Below, piece by piece: positions 1 through 9,549 of a stretch of DNA of 64,000 nt. A program made the translations under genes and the position numbers. Location of the stretch: NCBI GenBank assembly GCA_033808735.1, contig JAPXNA010000009.1:13054-77053 (forward strand), given 5' to 3'. The notes beneath the pieces are model-generated. The model ran no database searches. It saw only the letters and a program-made list of their open reading frames with translations, and was not told where the DNA came from. Within the stretch, counting starts at the first letter, position 1. Each line of letters begins with the position of its first letter. This DNA is from Fermentimonas sp. (GTDB lineage: Bacteria > Bacteroidota > Bacteroidia > Bacteroidales > Dysgonomonadaceae).

Positions 1-147
1 TTTGTTTCGGTGTATGGAACCTTTGATGTTCAAAATAATCATTCCCATGGATGTTTAACGATTATTTTAATCATGTCGGTTTCATACGATTATTTTACTC
101 TTTTACATTTTGGTGTATGGAACCTTTGATATTTAAAATAATCATTC
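1..147 (-). repeat. Mosaic of leader-repeat modules: partial A (1-24), palindromic spacer, hairpin module (53-85), full A element (78-124), spacer module (125-147)
   Basis: Direct reading. ggtgtatggaacc at 9-22 and again at 112-124, with ctttgatNttNaaaataatcattc after each. The A element ggtttcatacgattattttactcttttacattttggtgtatggaacc has 9/10 inverted ends. Confidence 0.85.
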
Positions 148-302
148 ACTAAAGTTAGACTATTTCTCGCCACGGCATAGTACAAGTGAACTTGTCCTCT
201 GCTCGTTTGGCTTAACGAAATAGTTCACTAAAGTTAGACTATTTCTCGCCACGGCATAGTACAAGTGAACTTGTCCTCTGCTCGTTTGGCTTAACGAAAT
301 AG
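145..302. repeat. Perfect tandem duplication of a 79-bp hairpin-forming unit
   Basis: 145-223 and 224-302 are identical base for base (ttcactaaagttagactatttctcgccacggcatagtacaagtgaacttgtcctctgctcgtttggcttaacgaaatag). Internal inverted repeats ACTATTTC/GAAATAGT, GCCA/TGGC and ACAAGT/ACTTGT. Confidence 0.95.
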
Positions 303-313
303 TTTTCAAGGGT

Positions 314-346
314 GTTTAATGATTATTTTAATCATGTCGGTTTCAT
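314..346 (-). repeat. Leader-repeat hairpin module (orphan copy)
   Basis: gtttaatgattattttaatcatgtcggtttcat is the same string as at 53-85 and 14369-14401. Confidence 0.8.
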
Positions 347-445
347 AATCATGTTGAATAATCTTTTTGCTTCCTTTATAGCGATTTGCCTTCTGAGTTC
401 CATCCCGTGATACCATTACATTATAATTAAACGGCAATGTTGTTT

Positions 446-1147
446 TTAAAACGAAAAATGATAATCTATCGCCAATACATTATTTATTAATGCTTTCGGT
501 ACGATATTCTCACAAAGATAATAAATATCAAATTGATGGTGATATGACACACCACAGGATACTCCTAAAGAATAACGAATTCTATTAAAAAAGTAATCAT
601 CATCCATACAGAGCTTGTGATAGGGTTCCACGGCCACGAATGGTTTCAGACAAACGCCTTTCCATTGAGCGCTTATTTTTAACTTGTGCCGCATTTCCCA
701 ATTGGGTTCCTTCCATTGAGTGAATGTATTCATCAGGCAGGAGCGAAAACTGCCGGCAAGGAAACCCTTTTGATAGGAGAGATAAGCAGCCGGATAATAA
801 CGGTATTCGGAACTGTAAGTGCCATCTGCCCCCTTATTCAAAAAATATTCACATCCGGCTCCCAATTTGAAATGTGAATTGAAATGGTAATAGACATTTG
901 TCATTCCGCTCCAAAGGGATGTTTCGCTAAAATTCTCCCGGCTTCTATGTTCTACCGAACAAGTCAGAGACCATCGGTCAGCAATTGTTTTGGGAGTAAC
1001 GCTGATATTGAGCCACGATCCCGCATCTTGCTTTTTTTCTTTACCGTTTACCCCGATAACCGTCAGCAAGCACAGCAACAAACAGGTCTGTTTGGCAATA
1101 TTCAAACTCATCATGCTCATTACGGATGAATGGATTAGAACAGGCAT
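446..1147 (-). CDS. Putative outer-membrane beta-barrel protein (DUF2490-like), function unknown
   Basis: 233-aa ORF. An internal Met gives a signal-like N-terminus MSLNIAKQTCLLLCLLTVIGVNG, so the real start may be near 1111-1120. Alternating aromatic/polar strand pattern and aromatic C-terminus ...IDYHFSF. The family name is from memory, not a search. Confidence 0.45.
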   Translation of the reverse strand: MPVLIHSSVMSMMSLNIAKQTCLLLCLLTVIGVNGKEKKQDAGSWLNISVTPKTIADRWSLTCSVEHRSRENFSETSLWSGMTNVYYHFNSHFKLGAGCEYFLNKGADGTYSSEYRYYPAAYLSYQKGFLAGSFRSCLMNTFTQWKEPNWEMRHKLKISAQWKGVCLKPFVAVEPYHKLCMDDDYFFNRIRYSLGVSCGVSYHHQFDIYYLCENIVPKALINNVLAIDYHFSF

Positions 1148-1210
1148 TCAAACATTTCAGATTGTCGAACACCTGTTCATTCAATTATTTTCGTTCAAGC
1201 TGTATGACGG

Positions 1211-3808
1211 TTATCTTCCTTCTATTTGTTCTTCCAATAGATTGACTTCCTTAACTACACCCGAATATAGATCAATTTTCAGGCTTTTTATTTCAAATGC
1301 GTTCAGGTGGCCACTCCATTGATGATTCACAGAGGGGAATCTCAAGGTGACAAACGCCTCTTTCCCCATTGTCTCCACCAAACGGATAATACCGGCATCG
1401 CCCTCCTCAGCCAACTTGACCGCGCTGACGATTACATTCTGAGAATCGACGGACATGAAGGAGCCAGACTTGGGCATCTGCCCACCATGTATACCCTGAT
1501 AAATCGTGATTGGTGGGGCGATGAATTCTTCGGCAATGCGCGGCGCATTGATATCCTGCCACCCACCTTCATGAGGTATTAACAACAGGCGAAACGTCTG
1601 TATCCCCTGATCTTGCCAAGCATAATTGCCATCAGGTGCTAACTCTGACAGTTTGCGTGGACCATGATGAGCATAAGGAGCCGAACGGGTAGCGGTAATC
1701 TGCATGTCGCTATCCAGAATACTATAACCGTATTTAGCATCATTGAATAGTGTCAACCCATAGATGCTGTCGCCCCGTTGACCCGTTACATCAATCCATC
1801 GTTGCCCGGGATCTTCTTGCCCATTGACTGGTCTGGTTATACACCCGTAAGGCACTTCATAGGTTGCACGTGAAGCAGCCACATCTACCGGAAAGGAGAG
1901 CTTAAGCATTTTCAACTTTTCATTCCAGTTCAGCGACACGTTGGCTTCAATTTTTCTTGATCCCGCCGTTAACTTCCAGTCGGTTGTCATTACAGAGTCA
2001 CCATACGAGGTCTCAATGCGAATAGCTCCGCGTAAGGGCCCATTTTCGAGGATTTTAAACGTCGCATCGCCAAACGCCCCGATAACTCCTTTCGTGGTAT
2101 AAGCATAACTACCGGTGGTATTTTTGGTGAAATCAACGACCTCATGGCTCCAGGTATCACTTGGATCATCAATGATTATACCCTTGCAACCTGTTGCTCC
2201 GCCCTTAAACACTTCCCTGCCAACTTCTTTGTCAAAAATACCGATTCGCCCGTCGGATGAGAATGTAATGCGATAAAATTCGTTTTCCAAGCTATTTTTC
2301 CCAACGATGACGCCCGGTTGAGAAACGAGATCTCCTTTCCGGATACGAATCTGGCGGTATCCCATTGCCGGAATCGCTGTATTGAAGAGAATGCGTTTAC
2401 GTCCCGTAACAGATTGCGCCTGAATATATTGTGAGGGAAGAACCCGCCCTTTATCATCTGTCACGGTCGGATTCTCTTTATGATTCAGGTCATATTCTAC
2501 ATTTGCATTTATTTCCCATGCATGGGGGTTAAACAGGAGAAGGTATTCCGACTCGGCATCCTCTGAAGCTACCTGCCATTCCAACTTTTGGATAGCCATC
2601 GTGGTCGCTGAACGTGCAACGTGGAGAGCGTAGTTGTAACCTTCCCGGGCATCTTGGGAGTGTGCCACTAACGAGCTTCCTGGCAAGCTATCATGGAACT
2701 GCATGAAAAGGAGCTCTTTCCATGCTTTTGTAAGTTCCTCTCGCGGATATTTTGCCCCCCACATCCTGGAGCCAACGGCTGATATTTTTTCTGCTGTTAC
2801 AAGCGCTGCTTCTGACAGCCGGTTGTTTTTCTTTATTTCCCCTGCGGCGCTGTAACAGCCCACCGCATGATGCTGAAGGTCATCTTTCACGGTAGGTAGA
2901 TTCAGATTTTTCGAGCGAATCACCTCAAAGTACCGGTTCAAAGAAGTATGCTGAATGGTGGGTGCATCCTTATCCGCCTTTATTTCATTAATCCCCTGGA
3001 TATTTTTTTTAGTTGGTCCACCACCGTGGTCACCAACGCCATAGAATGCCAAAATATCCGTCATTGGCTGCTCGGGGGCAAGTTTCAATATGTCGACAAG
3101 GCGACCTTGCACATCACCGTGTAAATTGTAACTTATGGGGAGGCGGTAGGCCAAAACGCGTGAACCATCAACTCCCTCCCACCAAAACAGATTCGCGGGA
3201 ATTGTTTTCTCATGGGGTCCCGGACGCATGAAAACATAATTTTCCATTCCTTGTTGACGGACAATTTGCGGTACTGTTCCCGCGTGGCCAAACGCATCGG
3301 GATTAAATGCCACCTTTGCCCGCGTACCAATAAGCTTTTGCAGTGTACGTTGTCCGTAAAGTCCTTGCCGAACCATTGCTTCACCCGACGGCAGGTTCAT
3401 GTCCGGCTCTACCCACCAGCCACCAACCACGTTCCATCGCCCCTCTTTAACACGTTGCCTGATCTCGTTCAGCATGGCAGGATCATTGTCAGCCACCCAC
3501 TGGTAAAACCGCGCCGAGCTGGCGGCAAAAACGACATCAGGTGTCTCCTTCATGCGATCGAGCGCTGAACGAAAGGTGCTATGTACGATTGATACACCTT
3601 CGCTCCATGGCCACAGCCATACAGGGTCAATATGACCGTGCCCGATCATGTGAATAGTATATTCCCCGGCACCTTTTGGCCAAGGAGAAACAGCAGGGTT
3701 AGACCAAAGGTTTATCGCCGGTGTAAAAGCGAGGGCTGTCGTTCCGACTGTTGCCCGGTGAATAAAATCCCTCCGGGAAATGTTTGATTTTTCTGATTGA
3801 TGTGCCAT
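1211..3808 (-). CDS. GH38 alpha-mannosidase, twin-arginine exported
   Basis: 865-aa ORF with ATG start. TAT-type signal SRRDFIHRATVGTTALA. GH38 N-terminal metal-site motif HMIGHGHIDPVWLWPW and FMQFHDSLPGSS. Confidence 0.9.
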   Translation of the reverse strand: MAHQSEKSNISRRDFIHRATVGTTALAFTPAINLWSNPAVSPWPKGAGEYTIHMIGHGHIDPVWLWPWSEGVSIVHSTFRSALDRMKETPDVVFAASSARFYQWVADNDPAMLNEIRQRVKEGRWNVVGGWWVEPDMNLPSGEAMVRQGLYGQRTLQKLIGTRAKVAFNPDAFGHAGTVPQIVRQQGMENYVFMRPGPHEKTIPANLFWWEGVDGSRVLAYRLPISYNLHGDVQGRLVDILKLAPEQPMTDILAFYGVGDHGGGPTKKNIQGINEIKADKDAPTIQHTSLNRYFEVIRSKNLNLPTVKDDLQHHAVGCYSAAGEIKKNNRLSEAALVTAEKISAVGSRMWGAKYPREELTKAWKELLFMQFHDSLPGSSLVAHSQDAREGYNYALHVARSATTMAIQKLEWQVASEDAESEYLLLFNPHAWEINANVEYDLNHKENPTVTDDKGRVLPSQYIQAQSVTGRKRILFNTAIPAMGYRQIRIRKGDLVSQPGVIVGKNSLENEFYRITFSSDGRIGIFDKEVGREVFKGGATGCKGIIIDDPSDTWSHEVVDFTKNTTGSYAYTTKGVIGAFGDATFKILENGPLRGAIRIETSYGDSVMTTDWKLTAGSRKIEANVSLNWNEKLKMLKLSFPVDVAASRATYEVPYGCITRPVNGQEDPGQRWIDVTGQRGDSIYGLTLFNDAKYGYSILDSDMQITATRSAPYAHHGPRKLSELAPDGNYAWQDQGIQTFRLLLIPHEGGWQDINAPRIAEEFIAPPITIYQGIHGGQMPKSGSFMSVDSQNVIVSAVKLAEEGDAGIIRLVETMGKEAFVTLRFPSVNHQWSGHLNAFEIKSLKIDLYSGVVKEVNLLEEQIEGR

Positions 3809-3915
3809 TTTGATTGATTTTAAATGTTATGTTTACTGCTTTTCATTGTATATGCATAATAAATAGAAAAAACTTGCCATACCCTTTGGGCAATATTTTA
3901 ATCAGCAACTATGTA

Positions 3916-6150
3916 TTAATCATAAAAAGCCGGAGATTTGCCAGAGACCATCTCAAATTCAAGCAATCCGCCTTTCATGATATCATCATAGGCAATCGAA
4001 AACGTGGTTAGCTTCTCACCATTAAGCGTTGCAGATCGGATATACTTGTTCTCAGAAGACAAGCCATTGGCTTTCATCTGAAAGATCTTTCCATTGGGCA
4101 AGTACAGCTTCATCTCCTTAACCTGCGGTGCCCCAACTACATACTCCCCGGAAACAGGATCAATGGGGTAGAAGCCCAACGCGGAGAATATGTACCAGGC
4201 AGACATCTGCCCACAGTCGTCATTGCCGCTCAGGCCATCCCTGCTGGGCAGGTAAAACCGATCAAATACCTGACGTATGAGTTCTTGTGTTTTATGTGGG
4301 CTATCGGTGTAATTATAGAGGTAGGCCACATGGTGACTAGGCTCATTGCCATGGGCATACTGACCGATCATCCCGGTTACATCACCATGAAAGCCTCCTC
4401 CATGTGACACGACATCCAGGAAGAAGAGCGAGTCGAGCTTCTTCTCGAAACACTCCTTACCCCCCATTAACGCTACCAGACTGGAAACATCGTGCTGGAC
4501 ATGCCAGGTGTATTGCCAGGCATTGCCCTCTGTATAATCCCCACCGCTGGTACCGGCATGCGACAACAAGAATGGATCAAATGGTGTTCGCCAATTCCCC
4601 TTCGAATCTTTACCCCTCATCAACTTCGTGGAAGGGTCGAACAGGTTTTTATAGTTATCGGCACGTTGCTCGAAAAAAAGTTGATTTTCCTGATCCCCGT
4701 TTCGTATCGCGACCAACGCCGCGCAATAATCATCGTAACAGTGTTCCAATGTGCGAGAAACAGATTCAACCTCTATCAGGTCAAATGGATAGTATCCGTA
4801 CTGATTATAGGTCTCCCAGTCTGATTTTGGATGAGATCGGGTAAGAGACGCGTAGATCGAGGCAACAGCTGCTTCCTTATCTTCTTCCGCGAGGTTGCCT
4901 TTCAAGTAGGCATCCGCGACAACGGGAACGGCGTGATTCCCGATCATTAACCAGGTTTCGTTCTGTCCATACTCATTGGTACATAGAATACCACGCTGTC
5001 TGTATAAGTCGATTAGGGAAGCGACAAACCCAGCGTTTTTATCGGGGTACATAAGGATGTAGAACGGATGGGTTGCCCGATAGGTATCCCATAACGAAAA
5101 ATTGGTATAACGATCTGCACCGCGGTCAATTTTCGTGCCGTCGGGTAAACCATACGTACCATCTATATCGGTAATCAGGTTTGGCATCAGTAACGTGTGA
5201 TACAAGGCGGTATAAAAAGAGATCCTCTGCCCTTCATCCAAAGGCGAGATCTCTATCTTACCCAGGTACTCATTCCAAATGGCGGTAGCATCATCTTTCA
5301 CCTGTTCAAAATCTCTCCCATTTATCTCTTCCATGTTCTTTTTGGCCCCTTCAACGCTGGTTGTGGATAGAGCCACTTTGACCGTCATCGATTCGTTCTC
5401 CTTCATTTCGAAGTTCAGGAGCAGCTTCGTGCTTTGTCCGGTCACATCACGGTTATCAGATATGATACCATCAGCAAAGGAGGTGAATTTTGCAAATGGT
5501 TTGGACAAAGTCGCGTAGAAATAGAAGGTATGATCTTCCGCGAAACCCTTAGAACGCCGTTTCCCCACAACGGTAGAATCATTTAGGATGGTAAGGCTGC
5601 TTTCAATCGGGCTATCACCAATCCCGTGGTGGAGATCGATTACAATACCTGCCTGCTTCGATTGGGGGAAAGTATATCGATGAAAGCCAACCCTCTCCGT
5701 TGCAGTAAGCTCTGCCGTTATATGGTAATCGTCTAATAGCACTTTGTAATACCCGGGACTTGCCTCTTCCGTATCATGCGAGAATCGAGAACGGTAACCG
5801 GTTGAACTATCCGCCTCATCACCCCTATCGAAGGGAACATCTCCAACAACGGGCATCAACATGATATCTCCCATCTCCGGGATCCCGGTACCGCTTAAGT
5901 GGGTATGGGAAAAACCGATGATAGAGGAGTCCGCATCATGGTAACCGGAACAGTGTTCCCATTTGTCGGTGCCGGTATCAGGTCCAACTTGAACCATCCC
6001 GAAAGGCAACTGGGCAGCCGGATGGGTATGTCCCACGTAAGCTGTCCCGATAAATGGATCAACGTACTGGGCTAAGTCACCTTGTTTAGAAGGGGAGCAG
6101 CCTAAGCAACAAGCTATTACAGCGAATAAAACAATTCGTATACAGTTCAT
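3916..6150 (-). CDS. GH92 alpha-mannosidase (lipoprotein)
   Basis: 744 aa. Signal ends ...ACCLGCS. GH92 hallmarks YVDPFIGT, GFSHTHLSGTG, GNEPSHHVAYLY, GNDDCGQMSAWY. Confidence 0.93.
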   Translation of the reverse strand: MNCIRIVLFAVIACCLGCSPSKQGDLAQYVDPFIGTAYVGHTHPAAQLPFGMVQVGPDTGTDKWEHCSGYHDADSSIIGFSHTHLSGTGIPEMGDIMLMPVVGDVPFDRGDEADSSTGYRSRFSHDTEEASPGYYKVLLDDYHITAELTATERVGFHRYTFPQSKQAGIVIDLHHGIGDSPIESSLTILNDSTVVGKRRSKGFAEDHTFYFYATLSKPFAKFTSFADGIISDNRDVTGQSTKLLLNFEMKENESMTVKVALSTTSVEGAKKNMEEINGRDFEQVKDDATAIWNEYLGKIEISPLDEGQRISFYTALYHTLLMPNLITDIDGTYGLPDGTKIDRGADRYTNFSLWDTYRATHPFYILMYPDKNAGFVASLIDLYRQRGILCTNEYGQNETWLMIGNHAVPVVADAYLKGNLAEEDKEAAVASIYASLTRSHPKSDWETYNQYGYYPFDLIEVESVSRTLEHCYDDYCAALVAIRNGDQENQLFFEQRADNYKNLFDPSTKLMRGKDSKGNWRTPFDPFLLSHAGTSGGDYTEGNAWQYTWHVQHDVSSLVALMGGKECFEKKLDSLFFLDVVSHGGGFHGDVTGMIGQYAHGNEPSHHVAYLYNYTDSPHKTQELIRQVFDRFYLPSRDGLSGNDDCGQMSAWYIFSALGFYPIDPVSGEYVVGAPQVKEMKLYLPNGKIFQMKANGLSSENKYIRSATLNGEKLTTFSIAYDDIMKGGLLEFEMVSGKSPAFYD

Positions 6151-8378
6151 TTTGGTCTATGTGTCATGTCAAATTCGAGCAATCCACCTTTCATGATCTC
6201 ATCATATGTGATGCTGTACGCCTCTACCTGTTTGCCATTCAAACGAATCGTTTTCACGTACTTATTCTCTTTAGACAACCTGTTTGCCTTCACCGTAAAC
6301 CGATTCCCGTTGGGTAGCGACAGCGTGATTTCGTGGGCTTGAGGTGCACCAAACACGTACTCCCCCGATACCGGGTCTACAGGATAGAAACCCATTGCCG
6401 AAAACATGTACCATGCTGACATCTGCCCACAATCATCATTGCCAACCAAACCGTCGCGGGCGGGCAAGTAGAATCGGTCGAATACTTCCCGGACAATCTC
6501 GGCCGTACGGTCAGGCCGGTCAGCAAGGGTGTATAAATAGGCAACATGGTGACTAGGTTCATTGCCGTGTGCATACAATCCAATCAAGCCGGTTACATCC
6601 GGAACGGCTTCATGACCGGGTAAATCATCTATACTCGTCTCAAACAGCGTGTCCAACTTTGTTACGAACTGCTCTTTTGAGCCAAACAGGTCGATCAATC
6701 CGTTTACATCATGCTGCACATGCCATGTCCACTGCCACGCGTTGCCTTCTGTAAAATCTCCCCCTTCCGATTCACTGGTCAACGAAAAGGGATTGAAGGG
6801 CGTTCGCCAGTTCCCCTTCGTATCACGTCCCCTAACCAGCATGATATCTTTATCGTAAATATTCTTGTAGTTGTTTGAACGGGCCAAAAAGAACCTGTAA
6901 TCATCCTCTTTATTCAAGGCTTTAGCCATTCGCGCCACGCTATAGTCATCATAGGCCGACTCCAATGTGCGGGACACCGATTCCACGGAACTTATGTCGA
7001 ATGGGAAATAGCCATATTTGTCGTAATTAGACCAATCGGATTTATTGTGATCAAAGGTTTGCGCATGTCTTATGGCTCCGTACGCGAATTCAGCGTCAAA
7101 AGATGTATCCCCTTTCAGGAAAGCTTCCACGATGACAGGTACGGCATGGTTCCCGATCATACACCATGTCTCACGCGTTCCATACTCGTTAGTGGGCAAC
7201 AGCCCGACTTGCCTATGCCTTTCCAGCATGGATTTCACCAGGTTACTGTTCACCTCGGGATACATGAGCGCCAAAAAGGGGTGTAACGCGCGATAGGTGT
7301 CCCAAAGGGAGAAGTTCGTGTACATGTCACCCGTTGTGCTCTTGTGCAATTTCTGGTCCCAGCCGGTATAAGAACCGTCAACATCGGTGACCAGGTTAGG
7401 CATCAGTAAAGCGTGATACAATGAGGTGTAAAACGAGATTTTCTGCCCTTCGTCGATTGCATTCACTTCGATCCTGCTCAGGTAATCGTTCCAATGCGAT
7501 TCGGTTTGTGCAAGCACTTTATCAAAATCCCACCCGGGAATCTCCGCATCGAGGTTTCTTACAGCTCCCTTCTCGCTGGCAGTTGAAAGAGCTACTTTTA
7601 CATGTACCACCTCTTGTTCACCGGTTGCAAACTGAAACAGTAATTTGGTCACTTTCCCCGACACGTGATGATCATGAGAGATATCCCCATCCTCATACGA
7701 GTAAATCTGTTTGAATGGTTTGGAAAAACGGGCACAAAAATAGTAGTGATGATCATTCGTGAAGCCACTCGAACGGCGTTTGCCCACTACGGTCTGCGCA
7801 TCAACCACCCTTATGTAACTCTCCGTTGTTTGATCTCCAATGCCATGTTCCAGATCAATCAGCACCCCCGATTGTTCACTTTCCGGGTAAGTATATCGAT
7901 GAAAACCCACTCTTGGAGTGGCCGTGAGTTCTACCACGACATTGTAATCATCGAGCTTCACCCTGTAGTACCCGGGCGTTGCTTTCTCCGATTCGTTCGA
8001 GAAAGAGGAGCGATAACCGGAAGAGGGATCACGCTCATCACCCGCTTGGAAAACAACGTCCCCAACGACAGGCATGAGCAGGATGTCCCCCATTTCCGCT
8101 GCACCCGTACCACTAAGGTGGGTATGGGAGAAGCCAATAATGGATTTCGAGTCTGTATGATACCCCGAACAAAACTTCCACCCATCGGTTCCGTTATCAG
8201 GACTTACTTGCACCATCCCAAACGGGGTGGTTGCCCCAGGGTAAGTATGTCCCGTAAACTCTGTCCCGATAAAAGGGTCAACGTAATCAGAAAGTTTCTT
8301 CTGGGCTATTAATGCACTATTCCCCCCGACAAGGGCGAAAAGGGACAGCCACGTTATAATTTTTATTTTCCCAAGCAT
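6147..8378 (-). CDS. GH92 alpha-mannosidase (tandem paralog)
   Basis: 743 aa with the same GH92 hallmarks (YVDPFIGT, GFSHTHLSGTG, GNEPSHHVAYLY, GNDDCGQMSAWY). Its stop overlaps the downstream GH92 start (ATGA). Roughly two-thirds identical to its neighbour by eye. Confidence 0.93.
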   Translation of the reverse strand: MLGKIKIITWLSLFALVGGNSALIAQKKLSDYVDPFIGTEFTGHTYPGATTPFGMVQVSPDNGTDGWKFCSGYHTDSKSIIGFSHTHLSGTGAAEMGDILLMPVVGDVVFQAGDERDPSSGYRSSFSNESEKATPGYYRVKLDDYNVVVELTATPRVGFHRYTYPESEQSGVLIDLEHGIGDQTTESYIRVVDAQTVVGKRRSSGFTNDHHYYFCARFSKPFKQIYSYEDGDISHDHHVSGKVTKLLFQFATGEQEVVHVKVALSTASEKGAVRNLDAEIPGWDFDKVLAQTESHWNDYLSRIEVNAIDEGQKISFYTSLYHALLMPNLVTDVDGSYTGWDQKLHKSTTGDMYTNFSLWDTYRALHPFLALMYPEVNSNLVKSMLERHRQVGLLPTNEYGTRETWCMIGNHAVPVIVEAFLKGDTSFDAEFAYGAIRHAQTFDHNKSDWSNYDKYGYFPFDISSVESVSRTLESAYDDYSVARMAKALNKEDDYRFFLARSNNYKNIYDKDIMLVRGRDTKGNWRTPFNPFSLTSESEGGDFTEGNAWQWTWHVQHDVNGLIDLFGSKEQFVTKLDTLFETSIDDLPGHEAVPDVTGLIGLYAHGNEPSHHVAYLYTLADRPDRTAEIVREVFDRFYLPARDGLVGNDDCGQMSAWYMFSAMGFYPVDPVSGEYVFGAPQAHEITLSLPNGNRFTVKANRLSKENKYVKTIRLNGKQVEAYSITYDEIMKGGLLEFDMTHRPK

Positions 8379-8438
8379 AATCCTAATTGTAAGTAAAAAC
8401 AGGGTTCACTATTTCTATGGACAGTTAGCCTAGTAAAC

Positions 8439-9290
8439 CTATTTTTTAAAAGAATTTGAAACAAACGGTAAAGCAATGGATAGTGCAGAACTCCAGTATT
8501 TCCAGTCGTGATCACCATCCCGTACACGAAGTTCACACGGCACTTCAGCCTTTTTCATCTCCCTGAAAAATCGGGTGTTCGTATCCAACAAAAAGTCGTC
8601 ATCCCCGCAATCCACGAACCAGTCAATTGTACGTAATGCTTTCACTGTTTCTTCGTCCGCGTAAGAGATTAAGGCCACGCAATCGTTTGCCAATATCGAC
8701 CTCCCAAACTCCACCTGTTCGATATCCATGGTAGGACGTCGCACCGGTTTGGGTAATGACATAAGCGCGCTCATTGCATACACGGCAGTAAACATCTCCG
8801 GATGCTTTATAGCATAGGCTACAGCTCCACCGCCCCCCATTGAAAAACCCGCTATCGCCCGAGAGCATTTATCCCTAGATATTCGATATTTTGTCTCCAC
8901 GTGGGGTACAAACTCTTCAAAGAAGAATGTTTCATAATCCCACCCTTTGGTATCAAAGTAACCGTTCCGTATACTGCCGGCATCTGGAGTGATGATGATC
9001 ATTTCAGTTGACTTCCCGCTCTCCATTTTTTGGTCTGCTATCTCCTGTAGTTGACCATCATTAACCCAACCATTATTCCGATGGCTGTGACCATGAAGCA
9101 GATACAATACCGGGTAGGTTTTATTCGCTGATCGCGCGTAACTCTCGGGGAGGTAAACGGTATATTTACGGGTTACACCAAGCACGCTACTCGCTACACT
9201 ATCTTCTTTTACCTGGCTATTGGTTTGAGCTATTGCCGGGAAGAGTGAAAGCAAAAAGCACGATACCACTGCAACGATATATCTTTTCAT
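8439..9290 (-). CDS. Secreted alpha/beta-hydrolase, 'putative esterase' family
   Basis: 283 aa with a signal peptide. VLYLLHGH oxyanion region and nucleophile elbow GFSMGGGGA. The start codon lies inside a leader-repeat copy. Confidence 0.75.
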   Translation of the reverse strand: MKRYIVAVVSCFLLSLFPAIAQTNSQVKEDSVASSVLGVTRKYTVYLPESYARSANKTYPVLYLLHGHSHRNNGWVNDGQLQEIADQKMESGKSTEMIIITPDAGSIRNGYFDTKGWDYETFFFEEFVPHVETKYRISRDKCSRAIAGFSMGGGGAVAYAIKHPEMFTAVYAMSALMSLPKPVRRPTMDIEQVEFGRSILANDCVALISYADEETVKALRTIDWFVDCGDDDFLLDTNTRFFREMKKAEVPCELRVRDGDHDWKYWSSALSIALPFVSNSFKK

Positions 9291-9329
9291 ACGATTAAAA
9301 CTATTATTTTCAAATGTATCGTATGGAAC
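9288..9329 (-). repeat. Leader-repeat A element, diverged copy containing the esterase start codon
   Basis: catacgattaaaactattattttcaaatgtatcgtatggaac. The central segment is inverted relative to the consensus, which creates TACATTTG on the gene strand. Confidence 0.7.
9311..9318 (-). promoter_or_regulatory. Candidate Bacteroidota -7 box TACATTTG upstream of the esterase gene
   Basis: The + strand caaatgta is TAnnTTTG on the gene strand, 20 nt before the ATG. Confidence 0.35.
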
Positions 9330-9370
9330 TCGCTTTAATCATTGTCATGGGTGTAAATGGTTTACATGCT

Positions 9371-9417
9371 CGTTTCATACGGTTATTTTACTCTTTTACA
9401 TTTCGGTGTATGGAACT
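9371..9417 (-). repeat. Leader-repeat A element, orphan copy
   Basis: cgtttcatacggttattttactcttttacatttcggtgtatggaac, near-consensus. Confidence 0.85.
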
Positions 9418-9493
9418 ATTCCGTTAAGCCAAATGAGCATTGGACAAGTTTACTTGGGCAAGGCCATGGCGAGGAATAGTCTAATTTTATAAA
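9416..9493. repeat. Inverted, ~80% similar copy of the 79-bp unit found at 145-302
   Basis: ctattccgttaagccaaatgagcattggacaagtttacttgggcaaggccatggcgaggaatagtctaatttta aligns to the reverse complement of the 145-223 unit. The outer stem shows a compensatory change: CTATTCC/GGAATAG here versus CTATTTC/GAAATAG there. Confidence 0.85.
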
Positions 9494-9549
9494 CCTTTAA
9501 TGTTTGTTCCTTTAAGCGGCTATCCAACAGGCCTATACAAAGACTCATC

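Noticed and set aside
145-302. A CRISPR array or tRNA-like gene as an explanation for the 79-bp repeats
   Set aside because: There are only two directly abutting identical copies with no spacers, and no cas genes. The unit lacks acceptor-stem pairing and a GTTCRA T-loop, so it is not a tRNA.
3916-8378. The tandem GH92 genes as a recent duplication or assembly artefact
   Set aside because: The two proteins differ at roughly one residue in three and have different signal peptides. They are old paralogs, which is common in mannan/N-glycan PULs.
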